Assembly: GCF_000711695.1 (NCBI RefSeq)
Contig: NW_013547021.1
Location: 62,001 to 126,000 of the forward strand
Length of the DNA stretch: 64,000 bases
Source: Tilletiaria anomala UBC 951
Lineage: Eukaryota
Reading direction: 5' to 3'
Every line of letters starts with the position of its first letter. The first letter of the stretch is position 1. Both the position numbers and the translations under genes were made by a program. Below are positions 38,330 through 50,514 of this stretch, in pieces. Below the pieces are notes generated by a model. The model did no database searches. It had not been told where the DNA came from and was given only the letters and a program-made list of their open reading frames with translations.

Positions 38330-39854
38330 TCAGGCGGCAGCCGCGACGTTCTGGCAGTCCGCCGCAAGGTGCTCGGCGGATCCGCAGTTGTAGCAGGCCT
38401 TCTGGGCCGGCTGCGAGCACTCCTTGGAGATGTGCCCGACCTGGCCGCAGTTGTAGCACTTTTGGCCGCCGCTGCGGCCGGCACTCGCTCCACCCGAGGG
38501 GCAGTCTCGGCTCACTGGCAAAGTGGTGGTTGGGCGAGCAAAAGAACGTCAGCATAAGTGCATCATGGAATGAGCTGGCAAGCGAGCAACTCACAGTGAC
38601 CGACACCTCCGCAGTTCTACGAACGCACAAAATCCGCATGGAAGGCGCAAGTCAGCTCAGTGCCCCGAAAAAGCGAGAGCAAACACAAACGCAAGGTCGG
38701 ACGGGAGGGAAGAGAGAGACTCACGTAGCATGTCTTGCTCCCGAATCCGCCGCCACGACCGCCGGAACGGCCGGCGGTGGCACCGCCCTGCGAACAGGCC
38801 CTGGCGATGTGGCCGACCTCGCCGCACTTGTAGCACTCGCCAGTTGCGCCGCCTGCACCCGCTGAGGAGCTCTGGGGGCACTCGCGGGACTGGAAGGGAG
38901 GTGGGGGGACGATTCACGATGTCAGTGCCTGGCCTGTGTGACGAGGGAACAAGCAAGCGAGCACATCTCGGTACGTACCAAGTGACCGGTCTGCCCGCAG
39001 CTGTAGCACGCCTTAGGTGCTGCCTCCATGCCGCACTGCGAAGAGACGTGGCCTTGCTGATTGCAGTCTGTCGAAGCGGCGAAGGCAAAAGGAGGTTGAG
39101 AAGGGTCCAGTGTCAGCAATGTGTGCTTTTGTTTCGTCTGACGCCCAGTATCGCAAGCTCACTGTAGCTGCGCGAGGGAGAAAGAACCAGTTCGCATCAA
39201 TGGAACATGTAGTTTGTCAGCATTAAGAGACACGTGGGCATTTGACGATGCTCAAAGCCTTACCATGTCGGAGTGCCGGCAGTTGGGCAAGCCGAAGCCT
39301 GGTGGCCCGCTGTAGAGCGTGAATAGGGACAGAGAGGAGAGCACCGAAAGATGGGGTCAACTTCTCCTGCGGATTATCCAGCAAGTGAGACTCGATGATT
39401 CGTCACACGCACGTTCTCCGCAGCTGGAAAGAGGAGCAGCGCGAAGAAGGAAGGGGGAGCACACATGGAGTGCGACGAGGACGCCATCGATTTCAGTAAA
39501 TTGTCTCTTTGTCAACTAGCTCAGCTACCACACAAAGGAATACTTCAGCCTGGCCGCCGCCCCGCCTCTGCGCGGCTTGGACCCACTCCCTGCAACGCTG
39601 TTTCGTGTCACCGAGCAGTAGAGCATCCCCAGCCCCGCCCCCTCGCCTCTCATTCTTCCGGTAGGATGATAGTAAGCTGCTCGTGCTTCGCTTGTGCAAA
39701 GCCCAGGGTGGGACCAGATACATGATGTTGTCCGACAACTTCCTCGTCCCGCTCCACTTTTCTTCTCTCCTGTCCTTTCCCTTCCCTGCACGCCAACGAG
39801 GGAACAGCGGGAAGAAACGTATGCTCACTTGTAGCAGCCCCTTGCGAATGCCAT
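38330..39854 (-). CDS. GIS2: GIS2/CNBP-like RNA-binding protein with seven CCHC zinc knuckles, 8 exons
   Basis: The spliced model gives seven CYxCxxxGHxxxxC repeats. Exons include 39854-39829, 39423-39413, 39309-39264, 39167-39163 and 38616-38595. Confidence 0.93.
39507..39685 (-). ncRNA. Candidate intronic box H/ACA snoRNA
   Basis: Hairpin 39685-39609 with an internal pocket, H box ACACGA directly after it (39608-39603), second hairpin, then ACA plus 3 nt (39512-39507); lies inside the 405-nt GIS2 intron 1. Confidence 0.45.
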
Positions 39855-39966
39855 CTTGAACAGATTGTTATGTGTGAGTACCTGGTGGGTGGAGGAGGGG
39901 GTTCGATAGGTGATGAGGCGATAGATCGATCTGGCACGGTGGTATTGATGAGAATTGAGAAGGAAA

Positions 39967-39992
39967 GGATGGATGGATGGATGGATGGATGG
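39967..39992. repeat. (GGAT)n microsatellite
   Basis: About six tandem GGAT units upstream of GIS2. Confidence 0.9.
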
Positions 39993-40628
39993 CGAATGGG
40001 TGTGCGTGCGTGTAGTGTAGTGGAGTGGATGGGGGACGACATCTCGCTCAACAAAAAAAAGGAAAAAAATGAGAAAAAAAGACAAGGTGGACGCGCGGGG
40101 CAAGCGCCACAGCAGTCATAACAAGCCACACCAAAGTCGCAATAAGGGAGAAAAAGAATCTCTTCCGATTGCCTCCAGTCATGACAGTGCCCAGGTGCAG
40201 CACGCAGCTTTGGCAGCCGAGACTTAATCGAAGGTAAGGAGCGCAACCCTATTAGAAATAGAATTGGTCACAACCCTACATACTGGAAACAATGCAAGCC
40301 ACTTAATCCTCTCCGTTATAACACCCAAGCCAGCCACACTAGAACACACCAAAGTCTACAGTTGAGGGTACAAAGCACCAAGTACATGGTGTGAACGCCG
40401 CCCCGTCCATGGTTGGTTCATGGTTGGTCTTGTGAGCTTTGGGGGGAGCATTCTAGACTGCTCAAAGTACACATTGGCAACCCCGCATGCTTCACTCATG
40501 AGCGGACCGCTGCTATATAGTGACCGCGGGTGGAAGCTTTGTCGACTCGGCTCATCAGACAGCGAGCAGAGCTCTCTCCTTCCCGCCCCTCCCCCAAGTG
40601 CTCTGGCCCGGTAGTAGGCTCATGCGAC

Positions 40629-43600
40629 ATGAATGACCATAGCTTCAGTCCCGACCAGCTCGCGTCACGACCACCAGTGAACAGAGCGACAGGCTCCAAT
40701 GGGCTCCTGTCGGAACTGCAGCCGGGTGCTGCTGACCATGAGCAGCAGCATGAATCACCCTCGATGCTGGCCGCAGCCTCTTCATCAGATCCTCTAATAG
40801 AGTCTGCGCTAGGGCGTTCGTGGGCTACTTTGGATGGCACCCACGCTACAGGCGCAATAGCAGGTGCAGCGGTAGCCATGCACGACAGCCATTCCGCTCT
40901 CGCAAAACCGATCGTGCGCCCAGAGGCGCCAGCAGAGCAAGGGACAATCAAAGCTTCGCCTGTCATGCAAGCGGGAGACAGTGCCAGCGCTTTGTCTCCT
41001 AGTCATGCGCTCTCTGCAAACCTCGACGAACTCCCAACACCGCCCATCAGTCATAAGAGTGCATCAACCTCGCCGCAGCGCTCGGAGGACCCGGAGGACT
41101 GGTGGGAGGATGAAGACTCAGATGAAGCCGAGGACGATGGCGTCACCTCTGCGTCTGGGGCTGCGCTGCCGAACGGCATGCCGATGCCCTCCGGCAATCT
41201 TTCTGCAATGCCAGAAGCCGGACGCGAGGAGCGGCTGTGCACAGAGAAGGCCTCGAGCTACAAGGCTGACATGCACGAGTACCGCTCCAGCAAAAAGGCG
41301 CTTACGCGCTCGAACAATCTGAGGCTCTTCGCATCTACAACAGGAAACGGTGAACTGCCGGAACAACACCGCCCGCCTTTCCAGCATGTGCAGGATGAAG
41401 CCGACACAATCACGCTCGATGGGCCAGCCAGTGGTCTGGGCTTACTGCCTAATGGGGACGGATGCGAAGCGACCTTCAGCCGACGGTTGCATAGGACCGC
41501 AGACCCCCAGTCTCCTCTGTTGTCTTCTCCTGAAGTGGAATCATGTGAGTGAATCACTGAATATGCAAGGAAATGAACCCCTTGCTAAAGATGGCACATC
41601 GTCCTCTCAGCCTCCGAAGCGGAGCTGCGCCCTGTGCCAGACCTGATGCAACCGCCTGCAACCGTTCCTGCTGCGCCGACTTCGCTCCCGAATGGCAGCA
41701 GCAGTAACGGCGCTGTTCCACCATCAGCTCCAGAGTCCGGCATGCATAAACGAAGCAGTTCAAGCCTTGCGGCGAATCGTCCCATCATCCATCACCGCCG
41801 GTCGTCCTCGGTGATACGGGGGGATGTCAGACCCATGAAGCAGCCCGCAACGGTCAAAGAACAGCAGCAGGAAGAAGAAGAGAAAAACATTGTCGGGCCT
41901 TTCAGTCTGTGGGACTACCTGCAGGAAGAGGTCCTAGCGACGGACTTTGACTCGACACAGGAACTGAAATGGGAGCGGGTCACCAATTTTATGGCTATTC
42001 CTTTCTGGATGGAGAAGGTGAGCGTCTCGGGCGACGTCTCAGCCTTGAGCATTGCTGATATGGTTTGCTAACTCTCTCCGTTCAGATCATCGCATTTGGG
42101 TTTGTGGTCTGCCTAGATTCGTTCCTCTACACATTCACCATCATGCCTTTGCGATTCCTTGTCGCATCGTGGCAGGCAGGTGCGAATGCACTGCGCTGGC
42201 TGCTGCGCGGTGAGAAGCGCTACCTCAGCTCATCTCACAAATGCGATCTGCTCAAGGCCATCCTCTTCATCATGGCGTGCTACATTCTGTCGCGCGTGAC
42301 GGACGCAAGCAAGATGTACCACAGTGTACGCGGCCAGGACCTGGTCAAGCTGTACGTCATCTTTAATGTTCTCGAAATCGCCGACCGCCTCTGCTGCAGC
42401 TTTGGCCAGGACATCCTCGACACGCTCTTCTCTCGCACCACCTTGGCCCGTCGCAGAGACGGCCGACAGCCGTACCTCCGGCCCTTCGCATTCTTTACAC
42501 TTAGCCTAGCGTACGTCATAGGCCACACGCTCGTGCTCTTCTATCAAATGGTCACGCTCAACGTGGCCATCAACAGCTACGACAATGCGCTGCTCTCCCT
42601 TCTTCTGTCCAACCAGTTCGTCGAGATCAAAGGCTCAGTCTTCAAGAAATTCGAAAAGGAGAATCTGTTCCAGATGACGTGCGCGGATATTGTGGAACGT
42701 TTTCAACTCGCACTCATGCTCAGCTTCATCGCCGTCCGCAATTTGATCGAGCTCGCCGGCGCACAGTCAGAAGGAGGAACCGGTCCGTTGCCAACTTCTT
42801 TCACGGTCTTGCCAAGCTTCAACCTGCTCGAGACGATCTTTACGCCTGTATGCATCGTCATCGCAAGCGAGTGCTTTGTCGACTGGCTTAAGCACGCCTT
42901 CATCACCAAATTCAACCACATCCGACCTGCCGTCTACGGGCGTTTCATGGATGTCCTCTGCCGCGACCTCGTCATCGCGAGTCCAGGTCAAAAGTCCAAC
43001 GCTTACAAGCACACATTTGTCGACCAGAGTCCCATCGTCAGCAGGCGCCTCGGCTTCGCAGCTCTCCCGCTCGCCTGCCTGCTCGTGCGCGTCGGCTTCC
43101 AGATCATGGGCATGGTCGGTGATACCAGCCATTTTGACGAATGCGCCATCCCGGAAGCACACCGTCACAGGATCAGCTTCAAGTTAGCTCGCAGCACAGC
43201 ATTTGGCCTTGGTGCGATGAACGAAGGTGGCGCCGTACATCGCTCGCTGCAGTTCATCGCGCAGGGCTTGGCCTGGATCCTGACGATCTTCGTAGCGTGG
43301 ACCTTGTAAGTCATCAGCGCGAGGTTCCTTCTGAGCATTAACTGATTGTCGATACATTGCAACGGCAGCCTCGTCGGCATCAAGATCCTTCTCGGTATGA
43401 ACTTGGTATCATACGCATCGAAGCGCTATGCCACCATGTATGAGCGCGAGCAAGAAGAGAAGCTCAACGCAAGGGATCGCTCGCCCATCGGTGTTGGCGC
43501 GGAGGAGAGGGTATACGATGCCAAACTCGCCGAGTTCTTGGACAAGAGTGCTGACAATGCACAAAAATCTACGTTCCTTGGGGCAGAAGTACCCAATGGA

Positions 43601-43693
43601 CAACCCAGATGGGCTGAGAGCAAGGGCGGATCAAAGCAGACCAGTCTGCTCGACGTCAGTCGATACACCATGGTTCGCTCTCGCTTGTGGTAA
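40629..43693 (+). CDS. EMP65: TAPT1/Emp65 (DUF747) ER membrane protein, 4 exons
   Basis: WDYLQEEVLATDFDSTQELKWERVTNF, GFVVCLDSFLYTFT, YHSVRGQD.VKLYVIFNVLEIADRL, NQFVEIKGSVFKKF, DWLKHAFITKFN, RYTMVRSRLW. Confidence 0.93.
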
Positions 43694-43825
43694 CACCGGC
43701 GCAGAAGACATCAGCACGAAATGTTGTAACCTTATCTGTATCATAAACCATGCCTGCATACATATACTGTACAAATGCAAGTGAGAAATAGCCCATAAAT
43801 GCCTTTGATGATGTGCGTGAAATCT

Positions 43826-44332
43826 CTATGGGTCTGAAAAGAAGAACAGTTTTTTGCGTTGTGCATCTCCTTTTATCGTGGAAGGTGTGTGGTCTGCTTC
43901 GGCATCCGCTTTGGCCTCCTCGGCAGGGTCCTCTGCGAGTGGCTTTTTAGCCAGGGCTTCGGACCAGTTATCGTAGACATCGTGTGTTGGTTTCCGATTT
44001 GGCAGTTGCATGACAGGATAGGTCTTGAGGCCCGGCATGCGCTCATAGCTCCAAGTTCGTGTAGGTTCGTTGGAAGGTGCGCGTGAGAGTTGGACGGCGG
44101 ACATGCTCGGATGCATGCCTTCTGGCGCCGCATGGCCGTACGACCCGTATACACTGCGCGGCCTCGGGTGTCGCGATCCATGCCCGATTGCGCTGCCTGG
44201 GCGCGACAGCTGGTCGCCGACGTGACGCTGCGCCTCCTCGAAGGAGCCGCACAGCGCCGCTGGCGGGCGCTCATGCGTAGAGCTGTCATAACTGGCATGG
44301 CCATGATGATGACCATGGTGGCCGCCGTGCGC

Positions 44333-44365
<33 letters not shown>

Positions 44366-47300
44366 CCGATGCGCGTGAGGATGTGTGACAATGGCCCCTC
44401 CAGGCCTTCCCACGATATTTGCAGGTGCATGAACGTGGGGGTAAGCGGCGTCGTTTAAAGGAGGCGGTGGAGGAGCAAGAGGACCCCAGCCGAGGCCGGC
44501 TCTACGTGGACTGGCGCTGAGGCTCCCAGCATGCACACCCATCGCGCTTCCAGTCCTTGAAGGAGGTCGTATCATGGCTTCGCCGAGTGTTGGCAGGTTA
44601 GCACAGGAGCCTCTGTTGGCTGGGTTACGCATGGCGCGGAGACCTGGTGACGGAGGCGCGACACTGGATCCGATGGCGCCCGGCGTGGTCGAGCGGTACA
44701 CGCCGTACATCGAGGGCACGCCTGGAGTCGTCGATCGGGCGGCCCCGAAGGAGCCGTGGAAAGGCGAAGGCACGACGGTACCATTGAAGACAGTGTAGCT
44801 CTGACTGCCAGATCGTGAAGCTCTGGGATGCGCCATGCGAAGGTTGGTATTGCTACTAGACCTGCTCGGTGCTAGAAGCGGCGGGAGCACGTGGGCGTCC
44901 TTGCTGCGTTGATGCTTGTGAGCTCGCTCTCGCTCGGCCTTGCGGCGCCGAAGCGCCTCTGCATCGTCTTCGACGCTTGGGCCGAGCGCAGAACCCTGCT
45001 CCAGCTCACGCCCTTCACCAGGGATGGCGCCGTGTCCAATCTCATGTGCGAAATCAGGAACCTGGTCTCGCCGACCAGACGGCTTGACGAGACCAGGACT
45101 AGGCCCGACAAGCTCCTCAGAGGGGTACTGCACAACGTGGGCAGTAGCGTTAGCGCCGCGAACAGCGTCCTCCCTTTCATCATCCGAGTCCTGGCTGTTG
45201 GACAAGGCTTGCAGAGCCTTGATGGAAGCCCATGCAGGGACGAGAGATCTCCACCATCCGCTGCTGCTGCTGCTACCAAGTGAGCCTAGTTCAGCACTAC
45301 CGCCGCGGCCATTGGAGCTCGACTCGCTGTACACGGACCAGCGATGAGAGCCGCGGCGGCCATGTCCTCTCTCAGGCGACAGGGCCCCTTCGTCTGCATT
45401 AGCCGATGCGCCGCGGCGTGAAGCAGCGGCAGACGAGCCCCAAAGCCGCGAGAGCGATCCGTGGGATGGAAGTTGTTCGATGGAGCTGCGCGCTTGCGCC
45501 AGCCGAAGGCTCTCTATGGCCGAAGAGATACTTTCTGCGCCAGCGCTTTCGCCCACGTCGCTGCGGAAAGGCCCATAGCCAGTTACGGGCGCGTGGGCGC
45601 CGCCATCAACGAGTGGATCTGCCTGCGTCGCGCTAATAGTTGCGACAGGGGTACCAGAAGTTGCGAGCGACGTTGCGCCGACGGAGGTATCCATTGCCAA
45701 GTGGGTACGATGCCGTGAGACACCGCCAAAGCTGCTACTGCCGCCAGCAGCAACATGACGGCGATCGCGTATGGTCGATGAGCGCGCCATGTCGAAAGTG
45801 CCCGTGGTCGTAGCGCTCGTGCCGAGCTCTGTGTACTCGCTCGCGAGGCTGCGCGAGAGAAGGCCGGACGCATTGCTGAGGCTTGTGCTCGGCTGCGCAG
45901 CAGTCGCTACAGTCGCTACAGCTGCCGCCGCAGTAGCAGCAGAAGCACTGTTGTTGGTGGTGCTGCTGCTTGCATCGTTGACGTCGGTCAACGGTGCTGC
46001 AGCCGCAGCGCTGGTACTGTCGCGTTTTAGTAGCCGCAGCGGGCTGGCGTTGTGTGTGTACGACGGGCTGCCGCTGGGGCTTGAGGTGCTGACGGTGCTG
46101 CTTCGACGAGGGGGCAGCGGACGTGTCTCAAGATAAGCAGCAGCAGCTTCGGCATTGCATTTGTCCTTCTTGTCGCCAGCTTCAACGCCAGCCGCGCCGG
46201 CGTTTGCGGCTGCCGCAATGCCGTCTGCTGCACTCCTTGTGTCGTTGGCGTCGGGCCTGTCATTCCTGGGACTACGGGGAGCAGCGGCGCGGGACTGCGA
46301 GTGCGCTTTGTGCGGCTTCTCCCACCAACTCAACGTACTGTCCTCCGTGCCATTCGTGCTAGCGCTCCCGATTCCCAATGACGCGGCGTCCTTTTGTTGT
46401 TGTTGCTGCTGTCTTCCTGCCGCTCCTTGCTGATGCGCAGCAGAAGCAAAGTAGTCGCCCGCGGCCGCCTGACCAGGCAGCAGGTTAAGCGGCGTCTCGA
46501 CTCGTCCGCTCTGCGTGCGCTTCTTGGCGCGCATCGTTCCCGCGCCCGCGGCCGTTGAGCTCAGTGCTCCTCCTACGCCGGGCGGGACGGGGCCGTAGGG
46601 GTAACCACCGCTGCTCTCCGTCGTGTCAGACGCGCCGGAGGGTATAGCGGAAACGTTGTCGAGCGGGCCAGCGTGACCGAGCGCCACCGCGGATCCTTTC
46701 CCCTTCTCCTTCTCCTTGCCCGTCTCGCTCGGTCTGGCGACGCTGGCGGGCGTCGCGGCACGCGAGCGCGAGTTGCGCGAGAGCGTCATGGCGCGCAGGG
46801 TCGCCTGGCACTCGGCGCATGTGCAGTCCAGGTCGGGCGTCCTGGAACTGGCGCGGGACGGGGCGTACGCTGCAGCTGCTACGCCGCCTGGAGCGCCATA
46901 CGGATAGGCGTACTGATATGCATACGCATAGCTCGATTCGGCGAAGTACGCGACGCCGCTCTGGCTGCTCTTTGGCCTCTTGTGTCCCCACGACGTACCA
47001 TCGGCCGGGAAGTAACCGCTGCCGAAGCTGTCGCTCCCGGCGCTGGCGCTGAAGCTGCCGGCGCCGACACCGCCCATGCTGCTGGGTCCGATCGGCATCT
47101 GCGCCCATGGCGCGGCAGATGCGGTGTAGAGGCCTGCACTCGGCGGGCCGCTGACGCTCCAGGTGCCAGGCGTGCCTGGGCCGGGGGGTGGCATGACCAT
47201 CGCAGCTCCCCACGCGTTGGCGCCGACGGCAGCGCCATAGCTGCCAGCTCCGAACGATAGGGAGCACGCGGTAAGCGGCGGCGCGGGGTGCTCTGCGCTC

Positions 47301-48547
47301 GTCGTCATCGCAGTCACCATCGTTGTCATGTACGGGTTGACGTCGATGAGCGCTGCGCTGCGCTGCTCGTCCATCTCGCGACAAGCCTGCGAGCAGTAGA
47401 GCGCCTGAGGCGCGCGCGCCATGGCGTTCTCGAGCTGCTCTTGCTCTTTGAGCAGCATCGGCGTCAGCGGGCCGAGGATCCCGCCGCCACCGACTGCTGA
47501 TGCGGCAGCACCAGTACCACCACCGATCCCGCCGGCAGACCCGTTCTGCAAGAGGCCCTCCTTGCGCAGCCGCTTCTCCTCCTGCGAGCGCGCGAGGCCT
47601 GAACCGATACCCGGCGGCGTCGCCATGCCGGAGCGCGGCTCGACGGGCGAGCAGGGCTCTTCGCTGCTGTTGGCGCTTGCGAGAGCTGCTGCTGCCTTCC
47701 TGTTCACGGCCGAGTTGCGCCGGCTGCGCGCTGGCGACTTGCGGCTACGCGTGCTGCTGGCGGAGACGCTGCTTTCGCGCGAGTGGGGGCGCGAGTGCTG
47801 CTGCTGCGGATGCCCTGCTGCGCCGCCGCCACCGGATGCAGTGCCCTTGTGCTCGCCTTTGCGGTGCTGCTGCTGGCCGTTGCTATTGGCGCTCGTCGTC
47901 GGGCGCAGCTCGCTGAGCGGGTTGACGCGGCTGCCGGCGCTGCCGGAGCGCCTGAGGGGAGACGCAGCGCCAAGCTTGGGGGCGGCTCTCGTTGCGTTTC
48001 GGCTTGCCTGCGCGGCGGCGGCAGCTTCGATCGCCTTCTTGAGCGCCTCAGCTGCGGCGCTGGCGTTGACCGGCTTGCCGTTGGCGGCAATGCCGGTGCC
48101 CGGCTCGATGAGCCGGTCGCAGATGCAGCAATACGTCTGAGCCCACAGCTCCTGCCCATCCATCTCGGCAAGTGCGGCGGCCTCTTCGTCATCGCTGCGC
48201 CCGTCTGACTCGGACGTCGTGCTGAAGGCGGCATCGCCGTTCGCGTCTGCATCTCCACCATCGCCGCCATCGTCATCTGAGGCAGGGTTGCTGCCCAGTT
48301 TGCCAATTCCCGCTGCCCCGTCAGCCTTTTTGGCCGCGGGCCGCGAGGGCCCGCGGCTGGCGGAAGAGCTCTTGCGCTGCTGCTGCTTGCGCAGCTGTTG
48401 CTCGCGGTGCTGGGCCTTGAGCGCGGCGAGGTCTGGCTTGGCGCGCTCGCGCGGTCCCAGTGCTGTAGCAGCTGCGTCCGCGGCCGCCGGCGGACCGGGG
48501 CCGAGGCCACTGCTGCCTGCTGCTGCTCTCCCCTGTCGAAGAGGCAT
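43826..48547 (-). CDS. Very large low-complexity protein with Ecl1-type Zn motifs (life-span regulatory factor-like)
   Basis: Single 1573-codon ORF; YCCICDRLI and LYCSQACREMD motifs; poly-His tract; C-terminal WSYE..PGLKTYPVM and RKKLFFF. Confidence 0.7.
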
Positions 48548-48799
48548 GGCGGGTCGCCTGTAATGGAAGGAGACATTGACGTGTCAGCTCGCTCGCCGCA
48601 ATCGCCCAAGGGGGTCTGCTGTGCTAAAGGGGATCCAGCGAGCTTGCCGACTCACGCTCGGGGCTTATGCGGTGATCATGAACGGGGAGCAGAGCAGGGC
48701 AAGTGTGAGGTGCCAACGGTGCTGTTCATAGAGGTGGAGAGGAGGGTATGGGGCACGACCAGGGGCGCATGTTCAGGCTCAAGAGCGTGTCGTGGCAGG

Positions 48800-48829
48800 T
48801 ATGCGTATGCGTATGCGTATGCGAATGCG
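48800..48829. repeat. (TATGCG)n hexamer repeat
   Basis: Four exact copies plus one degenerate copy in tandem. Confidence 0.9.
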
Positions 48830-49725
48830 AGAAGAGGGAGCCAAGGCAAGTACGCAGGCGTCGTTCGTTCGCTCGCGGAGGAATCGGGGCGGGAGAATTT
48901 CGTCGGGGAGGGGACAAGAGGGGAGGAGAGGAAGTTCTGTGCTGAAGAGAAGACGTTGTGGGTATAACATGGGGAGGGAGGTTGGCTTGGTTCTACTTTT
49001 TGGGTTGAGGGAAGGGTGGGTCAAGTCACTCGGTCTCCTGCTGTATACTTTTTTGGCACGTATTTCTCTATTCCTTATGGGAGTTGCTATGTACAGTACA
49101 TTAATAGTTGTTGGGGACGCAGACGCAAACGCGGAGCGCACAAACACCGACCTACCCATTGTTGCACAGACACACGCAAGCGTAGCCCCCTCCGTTCTCA
49201 CACAGCGAGAGAAGGAGCATAGAAAACCCTGAGCCTTGCCTGGCTGGGAACGCGAGAGGGTTTTTTTTGGAGCGTCCAGCTTCCAGATTTGGGTTCCCTC
49301 TCCGGGCTCTTATCAATCCAAAGACCGGGTCTCGAGGCACAGCACGGGAAGTGATGCGCGCAACACGTTGTGAGTCTCGCCCGACTGTCGTGATAAGGCC
49401 CAGTGAGCCGTCCAGCCGGCCGGGATTCGGGACACTCTTCCATCCATTATCTTTCTTCTCATCGCTCCGACCACTCCAGGGGGGTGGGTCGCGTCTCCCG
49501 CCACGTCGCATTCAAAGGGCTGCTGCAGAACACGATCGAGAGCTTCCAACAGTTCTCGCAGAGCACCAGCGCCATGTACAGTAGATGGTCTTGGAACAAG
49601 GGCAACTTGTGTTCATCACTCTCATCGCTCAACCTTTGATCCGGACCCAGGGTGCACAGAGAGAGCAAGCACATCACACACCACACACTGGCTCACTGGT
49701 CTCTCGTTCGCAGGCGTGTAGTATT

Positions 49726-50215
49726 GTTGCTGTTGCTGCTGCTGCTGCTTGTATGACTGGTGAGTCACAAGTAGACGCATCGCGCATGTGTGCCCTGTCT
49801 CCTATTCGCTGGCTCGGTCGCCTTGCGGCGGTGGGATGCAGTCCAATGTTGCGCTGGCTGCACAGGTGTGTAGTGAGTGCTTGCACGGGGCTGCCCATGT
49901 GCCACCATCACGGCGGCTGTATATAGACATACATATAAATATATATATATATATATACATGCGCGTGAGAAGCTGGATGGCTGTGCTGGACCGAACGACC
50001 GGCGACGTGGTGTAGGGTTAGCGCACTGCGGAGGTCCCGAGAGTATCTGCCAGGGTTGACCGACGGCGGTGGCCGTGTCTGTCGAAATAGATCTCGTTGG
50101 TACATATGGTATCGATAGTCATGCTGCGGGGCTGTGTATTGGGCTGTGGCGTACTCTGTGGGTGGCCATGCAACGAGGCAGTCATCCGCACCGCACTGCA
50201 CTGCACTGCACTGCA
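49726..50215. repeat. Cluster of simple repeats: (GCT/GTT)n 49726-49749, (AT)n 49939-49957, (GCACT)n 50193-50215
   Basis: Directly visible in the long divergent intergenic region. Confidence 0.85.
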
Positions 50216-50514
50216 AACCTCACCCGCCCCCCAAACGCTTGCTCCCCGCCGTCTGTCGCTGGCGTCTTTGTTGCATAACCCTAAGCAGGACGGGACTCTC
50301 TTCAACTGACACGCTCCACTTTCTCTTTCTCCGCATGGCCTCCGCTGGACACCTTGCTGTATAATTCAGCCCCAGTCAAATTAGTACGCTTGCATAGCAG
50401 CAGTAGCGCTGCGATGACTTGGCAAGCAGCGCCTACGAAGTGCTTATTTAAAGAAGGCCAATCTCCCCCGTGCCTCTTCCCCCCCCCCGCCATCCCTCCC
50501 GCTCCACATCCGAC

